Source: an uncultured beta proteobacterium (lineage in GTDB: Bacteria > Pseudomonadota > Gammaproteobacteria > Burkholderiales > Burkholderiaceae_C). Taken from it: a DNA stretch of 44,379 bases. The stretch spans positions 1 to 44,379 of the forward strand of contig CAILKA010000097.1 in the NCBI GenBank assembly GCA_903834645.1, written 5' to 3'. Made by a program: the position numbers and the translations under genes. The notes beneath the pieces were generated by a model that worked only from the letters and a program-made list of their open reading frames with translations, was not told the DNA's origin and searched no databases. Positions 9,519-18,682 of this stretch are shown one piece after another (the stretch's first letter is position 1; each line of letters opens with the position of its first letter).

Positions 9519-9628
9519 CAAGACGAAAAGATGGGCACTAAAACGTCCAACGGGTAGGCGCCACGACCCGCTTTGGGAGGGCTTTCCCTAGCAATCCATG
9601 CTTCGAGTTGACGTAAGGCACCCTACAT

Positions 9629-9646
9629 TGGATATTATTGTATCCA
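9629..9646. promoter_or_regulatory. Operator copy 3, overlapping the putative -10 of the TonB receptor promoter
   Basis: TGGAT-ATTATTGT-ATCCA. TTGACG at 9608-9613 lies 17 bp upstream of GATATT. Confidence 0.75.
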
Positions 9647-9685
9647 GCCTTCGCACAGCGTCCACCCTCATCCCCGGAGCGAAAG

Positions 9686-11815
9686 ATGAAGCTATCCCCC
9701 GCCCTTGACCGCCCCACTCCTGTTGCGGCCGCCATCGCCCTTCTGGCGCTTGCTTCAACCGTCTGCGCGCAGGTGCAGGAGCCCCAGAGGGTCGAGGTCA
9801 CTGCTTCCAAGCGCACGCAGCTGGTGATCGATGTGCCGTACTCGATCACCGCCATTGGTGCCAAAGAGATCGCCGACCGTGGCGTCACCGACATCCAGCA
9901 GATGCAATCGGTGGTGCCTTCGCTGTTCATCAACCAGAACGCGCCGGGCGCCAGCCGCATCCAGCTGCGCGGCCTGTCGCAAGGCGTGGGCTACGGTGCC
10001 GCGCTGGTGGGCACCTACCTCGACGAGATCTCGCTGAACATGCCCGACGCGCAGCGCTCGCTGGACGTTCCTCTGTTCGACATGGCCCGCATCGAAGTGT
10101 TGCGGGGGCCGCAAGGCACGCTGTACGGCGATGGTTCGATGGGAGGCACCATCCGCTTCATCACGCGGGCGCCGCGGCTGGACAAGTTCGAGGGCAGCGT
10201 TGAAGCGGGCTTCGGTCAACTGACGGGCGGCCAGACGGGCTGGCGTGCCAACGGCGTGGTGAACGTGCCCTTGTCGACGGGGGTCGCGGGCCTGCGCCTC
10301 GTGGCTGGCTATGAAGAACTGCCGGGATGGGTGGACAACAGCGCGAGCGGGGCCAAGGACATCAACAGCGCCAAGCGCGACTTCATGCGCGCCAAGTTGC
10401 TGGTGAAGCCGAGCGCGAACGTCGAGGTGACGGCGATGTTCTTCCACACCGAGACCGATACCAAGAACAGTTCAGGCTCGAAATCCGACCGCACCATCGC
10501 TTCGTACATCGCGTCGCCGACCCGGGACAAGACCGACCTGTTCAACCTGGTGGCGAATGTCGACCTGGGCAGCGTGCGACTGGTGAGCTCCACGGGCTAC
10601 CTCGATCGCAGGATCGACACCACCGCTGAGCTGACGGCCGTCTACGCTGGCGCGCCCTTCCGGCCGCTGATCATGCCCAAGCCCACCTCCGGCGGCGCCT
10701 ACCGGCAAGACATGTCGCAGAAGATCACGACCCAGGAGCTTCGCCTGGAGTCGGATGGCAAGGGGCCCCTGACCTGGACCGCGGGGGCCTATTACCGCAA
10801 GACCGACACGCACTCCGTCACCTCGGACGTGTGGACCGATTCCACGTTCCGGTTGCAGGGCGGCTTCGATGGCACTGGCCCTACCAACGTCACCCAGACG
10901 GCCCTCTTTGGTGAACTGACCTACGCCCTGTCACCACAGTTGTCGCTCACCGGCGGCCTGCGCTCGTTCAAGGAGAAGGCAGAAAACGTCGGCACCAAGC
11001 TGCCCTCTGGCTTTGCACCTCCGGGCACGCCGGCCACCCGCTTTGACGACCGTGCCGAGTTCAGCGCCACGACGCCCCGCTTGAACATGCTGTGGCGCTA
11101 CTCGCCCAAGGGCGCCCTCTATGCAACCGCCTCCAAAGGCTTCCGTGGTGGTGGCTTCAACTCCACGGCCACGCCGCGCAACTACGGCCCCGAGGACATC
11201 GTCAGCCTCGAGATTGGCAATCGAGGATCCTTGCTCGGCGACGTCTTGCAGTACGAGGTGGCCGCCTACCACAGCAAGTACAGCAACGTGCAGGCGCAGG
11301 ACCTGGCGCCTGGCTGCACGCCCGCCACGTGTCAGGCGCTCACGGTCAACTCCGGCAAGGCCTCGGGACCGGGTCTGGACATCGTGCTGTCTGCAGCACT
11401 GACCAAGTCCACGACGCTCGATGTGTCGCTGGGCTACTCGGATCTGGTCTACGACGTGAAGACTGCGGAGCGCAACCAGGGCGATCCCCTGAACTTCGTG
11501 CCCCAGAAGACGGCGGCGGTGTCGCTGAGCCACCGCTTCACCTGGGCACCAGGCTTGCCCGGCATGGTTCGGGTGGACTACCAGCACTCCGATCCCGTGA
11601 AGTTCATCGTCCGCAACCAAGGCGTGAACGTCACCAGCAACAACATCGACACCCTGAATGCCCGCATCGGGGTGGAAATGCCCACCTGGCAGGTCTACCT
11701 GGAAGGCAAGAACCTCACGGACTCCAACAGCGTGACCTTCCCGGGAATCTTCGGCTTGCCCGACTCCCGAGTCGCGCCGCGATCGGTCGGTGTGCTGGCG
11801 CGGGTTCAGTTCTAG
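9686..11815 (+). CDS. TonB-dependent receptor 1
   Basis: Signal peptide, TonB box-like VEVTA, plug motif RIEVLRGPQGTLYG and C-terminal ARVQF. ATG 9686 follows GGAG. Confidence 0.95.
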   Translation: MKLSPALDRPTPVAAAIALLALASTVCAQVQEPQRVEVTASKRTQLVIDVPYSITAIGAKEIADRGVTDIQQMQSVVPSLFINQNAPGASRIQLRGLSQGVGYGAALVGTYLDEISLNMPDAQRSLDVPLFDMARIEVLRGPQGTLYGDGSMGGTIRFITRAPRLDKFEGSVEAGFGQLTGGQTGWRANGVVNVPLSTGVAGLRLVAGYEELPGWVDNSASGAKDINSAKRDFMRAKLLVKPSANVEVTAMFFHTETDTKNSSGSKSDRTIASYIASPTRDKTDLFNLVANVDLGSVRLVSSTGYLDRRIDTTAELTAVYAGAPFRPLIMPKPTSGGAYRQDMSQKITTQELRLESDGKGPLTWTAGAYYRKTDTHSVTSDVWTDSTFRLQGGFDGTGPTNVTQTALFGELTYALSPQLSLTGGLRSFKEKAENVGTKLPSGFAPPGTPATRFDDRAEFSATTPRLNMLWRYSPKGALYATASKGFRGGGFNSTATPRNYGPEDIVSLEIGNRGSLLGDVLQYEVAAYHSKYSNVQAQDLAPGCTPATCQALTVNSGKASGPGLDIVLSAALTKSTTLDVSLGYSDLVYDVKTAERNQGDPLNFVPQKTAAVSLSHRFTWAPGLPGMVRVDYQHSDPVKFIVRNQGVNVTSNNIDTLNARIGVEMPTWQVYLEGKNLTDSNSVTFPGIFGLPDSRVAPRSVGVLARVQF

Positions 11816-11961
11816 CTGGGCGATCGATGAAGGGTCGGTGCTCGATGGCTTCTTCGAAGCCTCGACGCCCGGCCGGGAAACCCCGTCGTCGTGCGTCGAG
11901 AAGCGGTGCTTCGAGACCGGGGGCCTGGGGTTCGCGGGCCGGCACCTGACCCCTGCCTGGG

Positions 11962-13101
11962 TCAGGCCAGGGTCTCGAACAGGCGCATCAGCAGCCTCAT
12001 CCTGGGAATCACAGAGCTGATGTAGAGGCGCTCCTCGTGGGTGTGCCCGCCATCGCCGTCTACGCCCAATCCGTCCAGCGTGGGGGTGATGTTGGCGGTG
12101 TAGTTCCCGTCGCTGCCGCCGCCGGTCTTCAGGTCGATGAGTTCGAAGCCGATCTCGGCGGCGAGAACCTTCGCGTGCTCATACAGCGCGGCAATCCCCG
12201 GCGTCTTTTCGTAGCCTGGGCGGTTCACGCCGCCTTCGATGCGGAGTTGCACGTCGGGGGTGCAGGGTCGCAGACCTCGGATGCGCTGCACGATCTCTAC
12301 ACCGATGGCCGGGTTGGGCATGCGCACGTCGACCTCCACCGAGGCCCATTCGGGGACGACGTTGGAACGGGTCCCCCCGCGCACCAGGCCGACGTTGACG
12401 GTGAGCTCGCGTGCGTAGTCCGTCATGGCCTCCAAGGCCAGGATCTGGTGCGCGATCTCGCGGATGGCACTCCGCCCCAGATGATGCTCCACGCCGGCGT
12501 GCGCCGGCGCACCCTGCGCGGTGAGGGTGAACGATGCAATGCCCTTGCGCGCGGTCACGATCTTTCCGCCTGAGCGAGCAGGCTCGGTGACCAGCACGTA
12601 CTTCGCGCGCCGGGCCTCGCGCTCGATGTGCTCGCGCGAGGTCGTGCTGCCCATCTCCTCGTCGCTCACCATCAGGTGCCGAATGGGCAGCCGCGTCGTG
12701 CGACCTTCGCGGGCGATTTGCCTGAGCGCAGCCAGGGCCAGGTAGGTGCCGCCCTTCATGTCCTCCGCGCCCGGCCCATACAGGCGATCGCCTTCGATGC
12801 GCATGGGGTTGTCCTTCGCCAGCGTGCCGATGGGGTGCACGGTGTCCAGGTGGCTGAGCACGAGAATGCCCGGTCCGTCGGCCGACTCGGGTGGACAATG
12901 CCGGTCGTCGGTGGCAAGCAGGTGATCGCCAAAGCCATCGCGTCCCGGGATGCGCTCCACGCGGGCACCGAAGGCTTCATAGTCGGCCTGAGCCTGGGCG
13001 GCCATGCGCGCCATCGCGTCCGGGATGTCCGTCGGGCTCTCTATCGCGATCCAGCGCTGGATGCCGGACAGGATGTCATCCAGATCGATGGCGGCACTCA
13101 T
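11962..13101 (-). CDS. M20 family metallopeptidase (glutamate carboxypeptidase-like / deacylase)
   Basis: [31 protein letters not shown] and C-terminal GGHT. ATG 13101 follows AAGGAG. Confidence 0.9.
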   Translation of the reverse strand: MSAAIDLDDILSGIQRWIAIESPTDIPDAMARMAAQAQADYEAFGARVERIPGRDGFGDHLLATDDRHCPPESADGPGILVLSHLDTVHPIGTLAKDNPMRIEGDRLYGPGAEDMKGGTYLALAALRQIAREGRTTRLPIRHLMVSDEEMGSTTSREHIEREARRAKYVLVTEPARSGGKIVTARKGIASFTLTAQGAPAHAGVEHHLGRSAIREIAHQILALEAMTDYARELTVNVGLVRGGTRSNVVPEWASVEVDVRMPNPAIGVEIVQRIRGLRPCTPDVQLRIEGGVNRPGYEKTPGIAALYEHAKVLAAEIGFELIDLKTGGGSDGNYTANITPTLDGLGVDGDGGHTHEERLYISSVIPRMRLLMRLFETLA

Positions 13102-13130
13102 GGAACAGCTCCTTGCTCTCAGGCGGTAAC

Positions 13131-13148
13131 TGGATAATATAATATCCA
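13131..13148. promoter_or_regulatory. Operator copy 4, in the 55-bp divergent M20/soxB gap
   Basis: TGGAT-AATATAAT-ATCCA(CTC), containing a perfect TATAAT at 13138-13143. Confidence 0.8.
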
Positions 13149-13156
13149 CTCGAAGC

Positions 13157-14425
13157 ATGGAACGGACGAACTACTCGGCCTGGAGCCTTCTGGCCGCATC
13201 CCGCCTCGGCCACCAGGACTGGGCTGCGGCGTGGCGAGATGCCGAGCCCCGGCCGCGCTATGACGCGATCATCGTCGGCGGCGGCGGCCACGGTCTGGCC
13301 ACAGCCTACTACCTGGCCAGCGTCCATGGCGTGACCAACATCGCGGTGCTGGAGGCCGGCTGGATAGGCGGCGGCAACACGGGCCGCAACACCACCATCG
13401 TCCGCTCCAACTACCTGTTTCCGGAGAGCGCCCGGCTCTACGAGTTCTCGCTGCGCCTGTACGAGGGGCTGTCCAAAGAGCTCAACTTCAACATCATGCT
13501 CAGCCAGCGCGGCGTGCTGACGCTGGCCCATTCGCGCCACGACCTGGATGCGCAGAGCCGTTGGGCCAACGCCATGCAGTGCAACGGGATCGATGCCGAG
13601 CTCCTGGATGCGCGCCAGGTGCAGGAGCTGGAGCCCCGGCTGAACATGGGGCCGGAAGCGCGCTACCCGATCCTGGGGGGCTTCATCCAGCGGCGCGGCG
13701 GATCGGCGCGGCACGACGCGGTGGCCTGGGGTTACGCGCGTGCGGCGTCTGCGCTTGGCGTGGACATCGTCCAGAACTGCCCGGTGACGGGTTTCTGTCA
13801 TTCAGGCCGGGGGGTCAACGGGGTCCGCGTGCGCCATCTAGGCCGCGAATTCGACATCCACGCCGACAAGGTGGCGCTCGCTGTGGCGGGGCACTCATCC
13901 GTGCTGGCTGCCCTGGCCGGCCTGCAGTTGCCCGTGACGAGCTACGCGCTGCAGGCCATGGTCACCGAGCCTGTGAAGCCTGTGCTGAACACCGTGACGA
14001 TGACGCCGGCCCTGGGTGGCTACTGGAGCCAGAGCGACAAGGGTGAGGTGGTGATCGGCGGGCCGCTGGACCACTTTCCGTCCTACGCCCAGCGGGGCAG
14101 CTTCGACGTGATGCAGCACGTGGTGGCTGCCACCTGCGAAATGCTGCCTTCGCTGGCGCGGCTGCGGCTGCTGCGGCAGTGGGCCGGGATCGTCGACGTG
14201 GTGCACGACTCCAGCCCCATCATCGGGGCCACCCCGGTGCCGGGCCTGTACATCAACTGCGGCTGGGGAACGGGCGGATTCAAGGCCATCCCGGTGGGCG
14301 GCTGGACGCTGGCGCATGCGCTGGCCACAGGGCGCCCGCACGAACTGGCCGAGCCCTTCCAACTGGAGCGCTTCCTGACCGGCCGGCTCATTGACGAAGC
14401 CGGTGCCGCCGGCATCGCGCACTGA
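13157..14425 (+). CDS. soxB: Heterotetrameric sarcosine oxidase-family beta subunit
   Basis: [51 protein letters not shown] and C-terminal [11 protein letters not shown]. Confidence 0.92.
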   Translation: MERTNYSAWSLLAASRLGHQDWAAAWRDAEPRPRYDAIIVGGGGHGLATAYYLASVHGVTNIAVLEAGWIGGGNTGRNTTIVRSNYLFPESARLYEFSLRLYEGLSKELNFNIMLSQRGVLTLAHSRHDLDAQSRWANAMQCNGIDAELLDARQVQELEPRLNMGPEARYPILGGFIQRRGGSARHDAVAWGYARAASALGVDIVQNCPVTGFCHSGRGVNGVRVRHLGREFDIHADKVALAVAGHSSVLAALAGLQLPVTSYALQAMVTEPVKPVLNTVTMTPALGGYWSQSDKGEVVIGGPLDHFPSYAQRGSFDVMQHVVAATCEMLPSLARLRLLRQWAGIVDVVHDSSPIIGATPVPGLYINCGWGTGGFKAIPVGGWTLAHALATGRPHELAEPFQLERFLTGRLIDEAGAAGIAH

Positions 14426-14441
14426 AGGACGCGCGCGCAGC

Positions 14442-14720
14442 ATGATGCTCCTGAGATGCCCCTGGTGTGGCGAGCGGCCGCAAAGCGAGTTTCACTGCGG
14501 CGGGACGACGGCGATCTCTCGCCCACCCCTGACCTGCGACGACGACACCTGGGGCCGCTACCTCTACTTTCGCGCGAACCCCAAGGGAGCCCACGCCGAG
14601 CGCTGGCGCCACACCTTTGGTTGCGAGCAGTGGTTCAACGTTCGGCGTGACACGGTGTCTCACGCCGTCGAAGCCGTGTATGGAATCAGCGATCCGGCGC
14701 CCGGGGGCGACCTGCCATGA
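14442..14720 (+). CDS. soxD: Sarcosine oxidase-family delta subunit
   Basis: CPWCGER...YLYFRANPKG...ERWRHTFGC Zn ligands, and RRDTVSH. Confidence 0.92.
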   Translation: MMLLRCPWCGERPQSEFHCGGTTAISRPPLTCDDDTWGRYLYFRANPKGAHAERWRHTFGCEQWFNVRRDTVSHAVEAVYGISDPAPGGDLP

Positions 14721-17620
14721 GCGGGTATCGACTCGCAGCTCCCGCTGGCCGCGGGATCGACCGCGATCGACCGATGAGCATCCAGTTCAACGGCCGCGAG
14801 ATTGCCGCGCTGCAGGGCGACACGGTGGCGTCCGCGCTGCTGGCCTCCGGCATCACCCTGGTGGGGCGCAGCTTCAAGCTGCATCGCCCGCGCGGCGTCT
14901 TCAGCTGCGGCGTGGAAGAGCCCACCGGGCTGCTGGACATCGGCGTCGGCTCCAGGCGCACCCCCAACACCCGCGCCACCGAAGTCGAGGCCGAGCCAGG
15001 GCTGGTGGCCCAGACCGGAAACGCCTGGCCCAGCCTCGGATTCGACATCGCCGCGGTCCATGACCGTCTGGCAGGACTGCTTCCCGCGGGCTTCTACTAC
15101 AAGACGTTCATGTGGCCGAACTGGCATTGGTTCGAGCCTGTCATCCGGGCTGCGGCGGGCCTGGGTCACGCAGCGCCGGCAGATGCCGGACCCGACACCG
15201 ATCGCTACGACGAGGTTTCACGCCAGGTGGACGTGCTCGTGGTCGGCGGTGGAGCCGCCGGCATGGCCGCCGCGCTGGCGGCGGCGGCAGCCGGGGCCGA
15301 TGTGCTGCTCGTGGAGGGTTCGCGGGATCTGGGCGGGTGGGCGCTGGGCACGTCCGGTGAAGCCTTCTCCGGCGTGCAGGAGCAACGTGCGTTGCTGCGC
15401 AAGAGCGGCGTGACGGTGCTTACGCGCTGCACCGTCCTGGGCCTGTACGACCATCGGCTCGCAGTGGCCGTCGAGCAAGTCCACGGTGTGGTGCGCCAGA
15501 GGCTGTGGAAGCTCCGTGCGCGCCGGATCATTCTGGCCACCGGCGCGTTCGAGCGCCCGATGCTGTTCCCGGACAACGACCGGCCAGGCGTCATGCTCGC
15601 CTCGGCCGTGCAGCGGTATGCCGCACTCCACGGCGTGGCCTGCGGGCGCCGCGTCGTGATCGCCACCGCCTGCGACAGTGGCTACGACTCGGCGCGGGAA
15701 CTCCTGGCCGCTGGCGTGAACGTGGTGGCGATCGTCGACCACCGTTGGGCCTGCGGTCGCGACGAGCCTCCCGGCGTGCCCGTGCATCGCGGCTGCACCA
15801 TCGTCGCGGTGCAGGGCCGGCGGGCGGTGCAAGGCGTGACGGTTGCGTCCCACGATGGCCGCCACCTCCACCAGCTTCAGGCGGACTGCGTGGGCAGCGC
15901 CGGGGGCTGGACACCTGCCGTGCATCTCCACTCCATGGCTGGAGGCCGGCTGCGTTGGCACGAAGAGGCGTCCATGTTCGTCCCGGAACAGGCCCTCCCC
16001 GACATCGACCTGGTCGGCGCCTGCGCCGGTGCGTTCGATCCTCCGTCCGCACTGGCCCATGCGGCAGAGGTCGGCGCACGCGGGTTCTGCGACGCACCCG
16101 TCGGCGGCATCGGCCGGGTGCCCGCCGACCTGCGCCCGGGAGAGGCCGCGCTTCGCGCGCTGGGCCGCATGCCCGGCAAGGTCTTCGTGGACCTTCAGAA
16201 CGACGTCTCGGCGGACGACGTGGCGCTGGCCGCGCGGGAGAACTACCGGTCGGTGGAGCACCTGAAGCGCTACACCACGATGGGCATGGCCACCGATCAG
16301 GGCAAGACCAGCAACGTGAACGCGCTGGTGCTGATGGGGGCCCATACGGGCCGGACGCCCGCGCAGGTGGGCACGACGAAGTTCCGTCCCCCATTCAAGC
16401 CGGTGACCCTGGCGGCCTTGGCCGCTGGCCGCACGGGCGCCCGCATGAAGCCGCTCAAGCGCATGCCGGGGCACGAGTGGCACGCGAGACACGGTGCGTC
16501 GTTCGAAGAATTCTCCGGCTGGCTTCGCCCGGCGGCCTATGTGCGCACCGGTGAGACGCTGCAGAGCGCCGCGCAGCGCGAGGCGCTGCACGTCCGCACG
16601 GCGGTTGGCCTGTTCGAAGCGTCCCCTCTGGGCAAGATCGAGGTCTACGGCCCGGACGCCGCCGACTTCCTGGACCTCATGTACGTCGGTACGATGTCGA
16701 CGCTGGCCGTCGGGAGCGCACGCTACGGGCTGCTGCTCAACGAGAACGGTGTCATCGTGGATGACGGCATCGTCGCGCGGCTGTCGGACCACCACTTCTG
16801 GGTCAACACCACCTCAGGCGGCGCCGACAGGATGGCCCTGGCCTTCGAGGAGTGGCTGCAGTGCGAGTACGTGCGGCACAAGGTTGTGGTCACCCCGGTC
16901 ACGACCGACTGGGGCAACGTCACCGTCAGCGGCCCCAGGGCCTGGGAGCTGCTGCAGGCCGCCGGATTCGACGCCTCGCTGAGCCCGGGGGCCATGAAGC
17001 ACATGACGATGCGTGAGCTGAGCTGGGGCGGCGTGCGCATGAGGGTCATGCGCGCGAGTTTCAGCGGCGAGCTGGGTTACGAGATCAACCTGCCGGCGCC
17101 GTATGCGCACGGGCTGCTGGAACGGCTCACGGCGGCCGGCACGCCACTGGGTGTGGCGCCCTATGGCCTGGAGGCGCTGATGATCCTGCGCACCGAGAAG
17201 GGCTTCCTGCACGTAGGCGGCGACACCGATGGCACCACCTTGCCCGGCGATGTGGGCATGGATCGGGGTGTGGCGGCCAAGAAGGCCAACTTCGTCGGGC
17301 GCAGGTCGTTGTTGCGCCCGGCGGCGCTGGATCCCTCCCGCATGCAGCTGGTAGGCCTCCTGCCGCTGGACCGACGCACGCCGCTGCCAGTGGGCGCTCA
17401 CGTGTGTGCGCAACGCCCGCCGGCCTCCGCGGAGGGCTACATCACCAGCAGTTGCCACAGCCCGATCCTGGGTCATCCGGTGGCTCTGGCCATGCTCCGG
17501 CGTGGCCGGCAGAGGCTGGGCGATCACATCACCGTGTGGCACATGGGGGCCGGCGTCGAAGCCGAGGTCGTTGCGACTCCGTTCTTCGACAAGGAAGGGG
17601 AGCGGTTGCATGGCCTCTGA
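14717..17620 (+). CDS. soxA: Sarcosine oxidase-family alpha subunit
   Basis: GDTVASALLASG, RSFKLHRPRG, AGFYYKTFMWP, EHLKRYTTMGMATDQGK and a GcvT-like C-terminal domain. Confidence 0.92.
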   Translation: MSGYRLAAPAGRGIDRDRPMSIQFNGREIAALQGDTVASALLASGITLVGRSFKLHRPRGVFSCGVEEPTGLLDIGVGSRRTPNTRATEVEAEPGLVAQTGNAWPSLGFDIAAVHDRLAGLLPAGFYYKTFMWPNWHWFEPVIRAAAGLGHAAPADAGPDTDRYDEVSRQVDVLVVGGGAAGMAAALAAAAAGADVLLVEGSRDLGGWALGTSGEAFSGVQEQRALLRKSGVTVLTRCTVLGLYDHRLAVAVEQVHGVVRQRLWKLRARRIILATGAFERPMLFPDNDRPGVMLASAVQRYAALHGVACGRRVVIATACDSGYDSARELLAAGVNVVAIVDHRWACGRDEPPGVPVHRGCTIVAVQGRRAVQGVTVASHDGRHLHQLQADCVGSAGGWTPAVHLHSMAGGRLRWHEEASMFVPEQALPDIDLVGACAGAFDPPSALAHAAEVGARGFCDAPVGGIGRVPADLRPGEAALRALGRMPGKVFVDLQNDVSADDVALAARENYRSVEHLKRYTTMGMATDQGKTSNVNALVLMGAHTGRTPAQVGTTKFRPPFKPVTLAALAAGRTGARMKPLKRMPGHEWHARHGASFEEFSGWLRPAAYVRTGETLQSAAQREALHVRTAVGLFEASPLGKIEVYGPDAADFLDLMYVGTMSTLAVGSARYGLLLNENGVIVDDGIVARLSDHHFWVNTTSGGADRMALAFEEWLQCEYVRHKVVVTPVTTDWGNVTVSGPRAWELLQAAGFDASLSPGAMKHMTMRELSWGGVRMRVMRASFSGELGYEINLPAPYAHGLLERLTAAGTPLGVAPYGLEALMILRTEKGFLHVGGDTDGTTLPGDVGMDRGVAAKKANFVGRRSLLRPAALDPSRMQLVGLLPLDRRTPLPVGAHVCAQRPPASAEGYITSSCHSPILGHPVALAMLRRGRQRLGDHITVWHMGAGVEAEVVATPFFDKEGERLHGL

Positions 17621-18212
17621 GCCGCTCCAGCCGTTCGACCCTGTTCGCGGCCAGCTTGCGGCCGCGCTGTCGGCTCACGCGCCGGGCGGCCTTGGCGCTC
17701 ATGCGCTGGTGCAGGCGCGTGTCTTGTGGCCGATGCATGTGATCAGTCTGCGCATGCTCGAGCCTCCAGACGCGCACTGGACGGACGCGCTGCGCGCAGC
17801 GGGGATTCACGAACTCCCCCGCGCAGGCCACTTCACGGGGCATGACGTGCGGGCGCTCTGGAGCCGGCCCACGGAATGCCTGGCCCTGACCCGGGACGCA
17901 ACTGTCGCCTGCGCGTTGTTGGAGTCTCTGCAGCCTGGCGCATTGGCGCGGGGCTATGCAGTGGATCGCACCGCCGGGGTGATCGCCATCGAATTCCGTG
18001 GGCCGGGCATGGACCGCTTGCTGGCTCGCCTGGTTGATGCCAGCGCCATCCCCAGGGCCCCTGGCCAGGCGACACGGGCCCGGCTGGTTGATGTCGGAGC
18101 CCACCTGCTGCGTATCGACGACGAGCACCTGTGGCTGCTGTGTGACCGGGCGCATGCGGACTACCTGGGCGCGTGGCTGCTCGACGCCATCGAACGCATC
18201 GAAGACCGATGA
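17610..18212 (+). CDS. soxG: Sarcosine oxidase-family gamma subunit (divergent)
   Basis: Follows and overlaps soxA. ALWSRPTECL and DRAHADYLGAWLLDA resemble SoxG; about 200 aa. Confidence 0.75.
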   Translation: MASEPLQPFDPVRGQLAAALSAHAPGGLGAHALVQARVLWPMHVISLRMLEPPDAHWTDALRAAGIHELPRAGHFTGHDVRALWSRPTECLALTRDATVACALLESLQPGALARGYAVDRTAGVIAIEFRGPGMDRLLARLVDASAIPRAPGQATRARLVDVGAHLLRIDDEHLWLLCDRAHADYLGAWLLDAIERIEDR

Positions 18213-18251
18213 GCTGAAGAGCCCCTCGATTTGTCACCCCCGCATTGGCGA

Positions 18252-18276
18252 AGTGCGACGCCTTCATCGTCGCACT
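18252..18276. terminator. Hairpin between convergent soxG and RidA genes, possible terminator
   Basis: AGTGCGACG-CCTTCAT-CGTCGCACT, a perfect 9-bp stem, but no strong U-tract. Confidence 0.4.
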
Positions 18277-18295
18277 GCTGGCGCCCAGGAAGGGC

Positions 18296-18682
18296 TCAGG
18301 CCAGCGCAACCGCCTCGATCTCGATCTTCAATCCGAAGTGCAGCTGAGGCACCGGCACCACCGCGCGCGCCGGACGATGCGTGCCGATCCAGCTTGCGTA
18401 CAGCGTGTTGAACTCGGGCCACAGCGCGATGTCGGTGATGTAGACGCGCACCTGCACGAGCTGCTGCGGGGAGCTGCCCGCCGCGCGCAGCGCCGCGGCC
18501 ACGTTGGCCAGGACCTGCTCGGCCTGCACGGCAAAGCTGGCGTCGGCGAGCTTCGCGCCCTGCGCGTCGATCGGCAGCTGGCCGGAGACAAACACGAAGC
18601 CGCCGGCCACCACGGCGTGGCTGTAGTGGCCCCCTGGCGGCGCCAGTTCGTCGCTCGAAATGGCTTGCACGGCACGGCTCAT
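18296..18682 (-). CDS. RidA family enamine/imine deaminase
   Basis: PPGGHYSHAV, FVSGQLP, RPARAVVPV (catalytic Arg) and IEIEAVA. TGATG overlap with the upstream gene. Confidence 0.9.
   Translation of the reverse strand: MSRAVQAISSDELAPPGGHYSHAVVAGGFVFVSGQLPIDAQGAKLADASFAVQAEQVLANVAAALRAAGSSPQQLVQVRVYITDIALWPEFNTLYASWIGTHRPARAVVPVPQLHFGLKIEIEAVALA

Noticed and set aside
11816-11966. Intergenic hairpins (GGCTTC-TTC-GAAGCC; CCTGACCC-N6-GGGTCAGG) as an sRNA or small ORF
   Set aside because: The stems are short, lie between convergent genes and have no promoter or credible peptide. At most they are terminator-like.
13131-13148. Possible Fur box (GATAAT-containing)
   Set aside because: It does not fit the 7-1-7 TGATAAT-N-ATTATCA pattern and is better explained by the TGGAT-N8-ATCCA motif seen four times.
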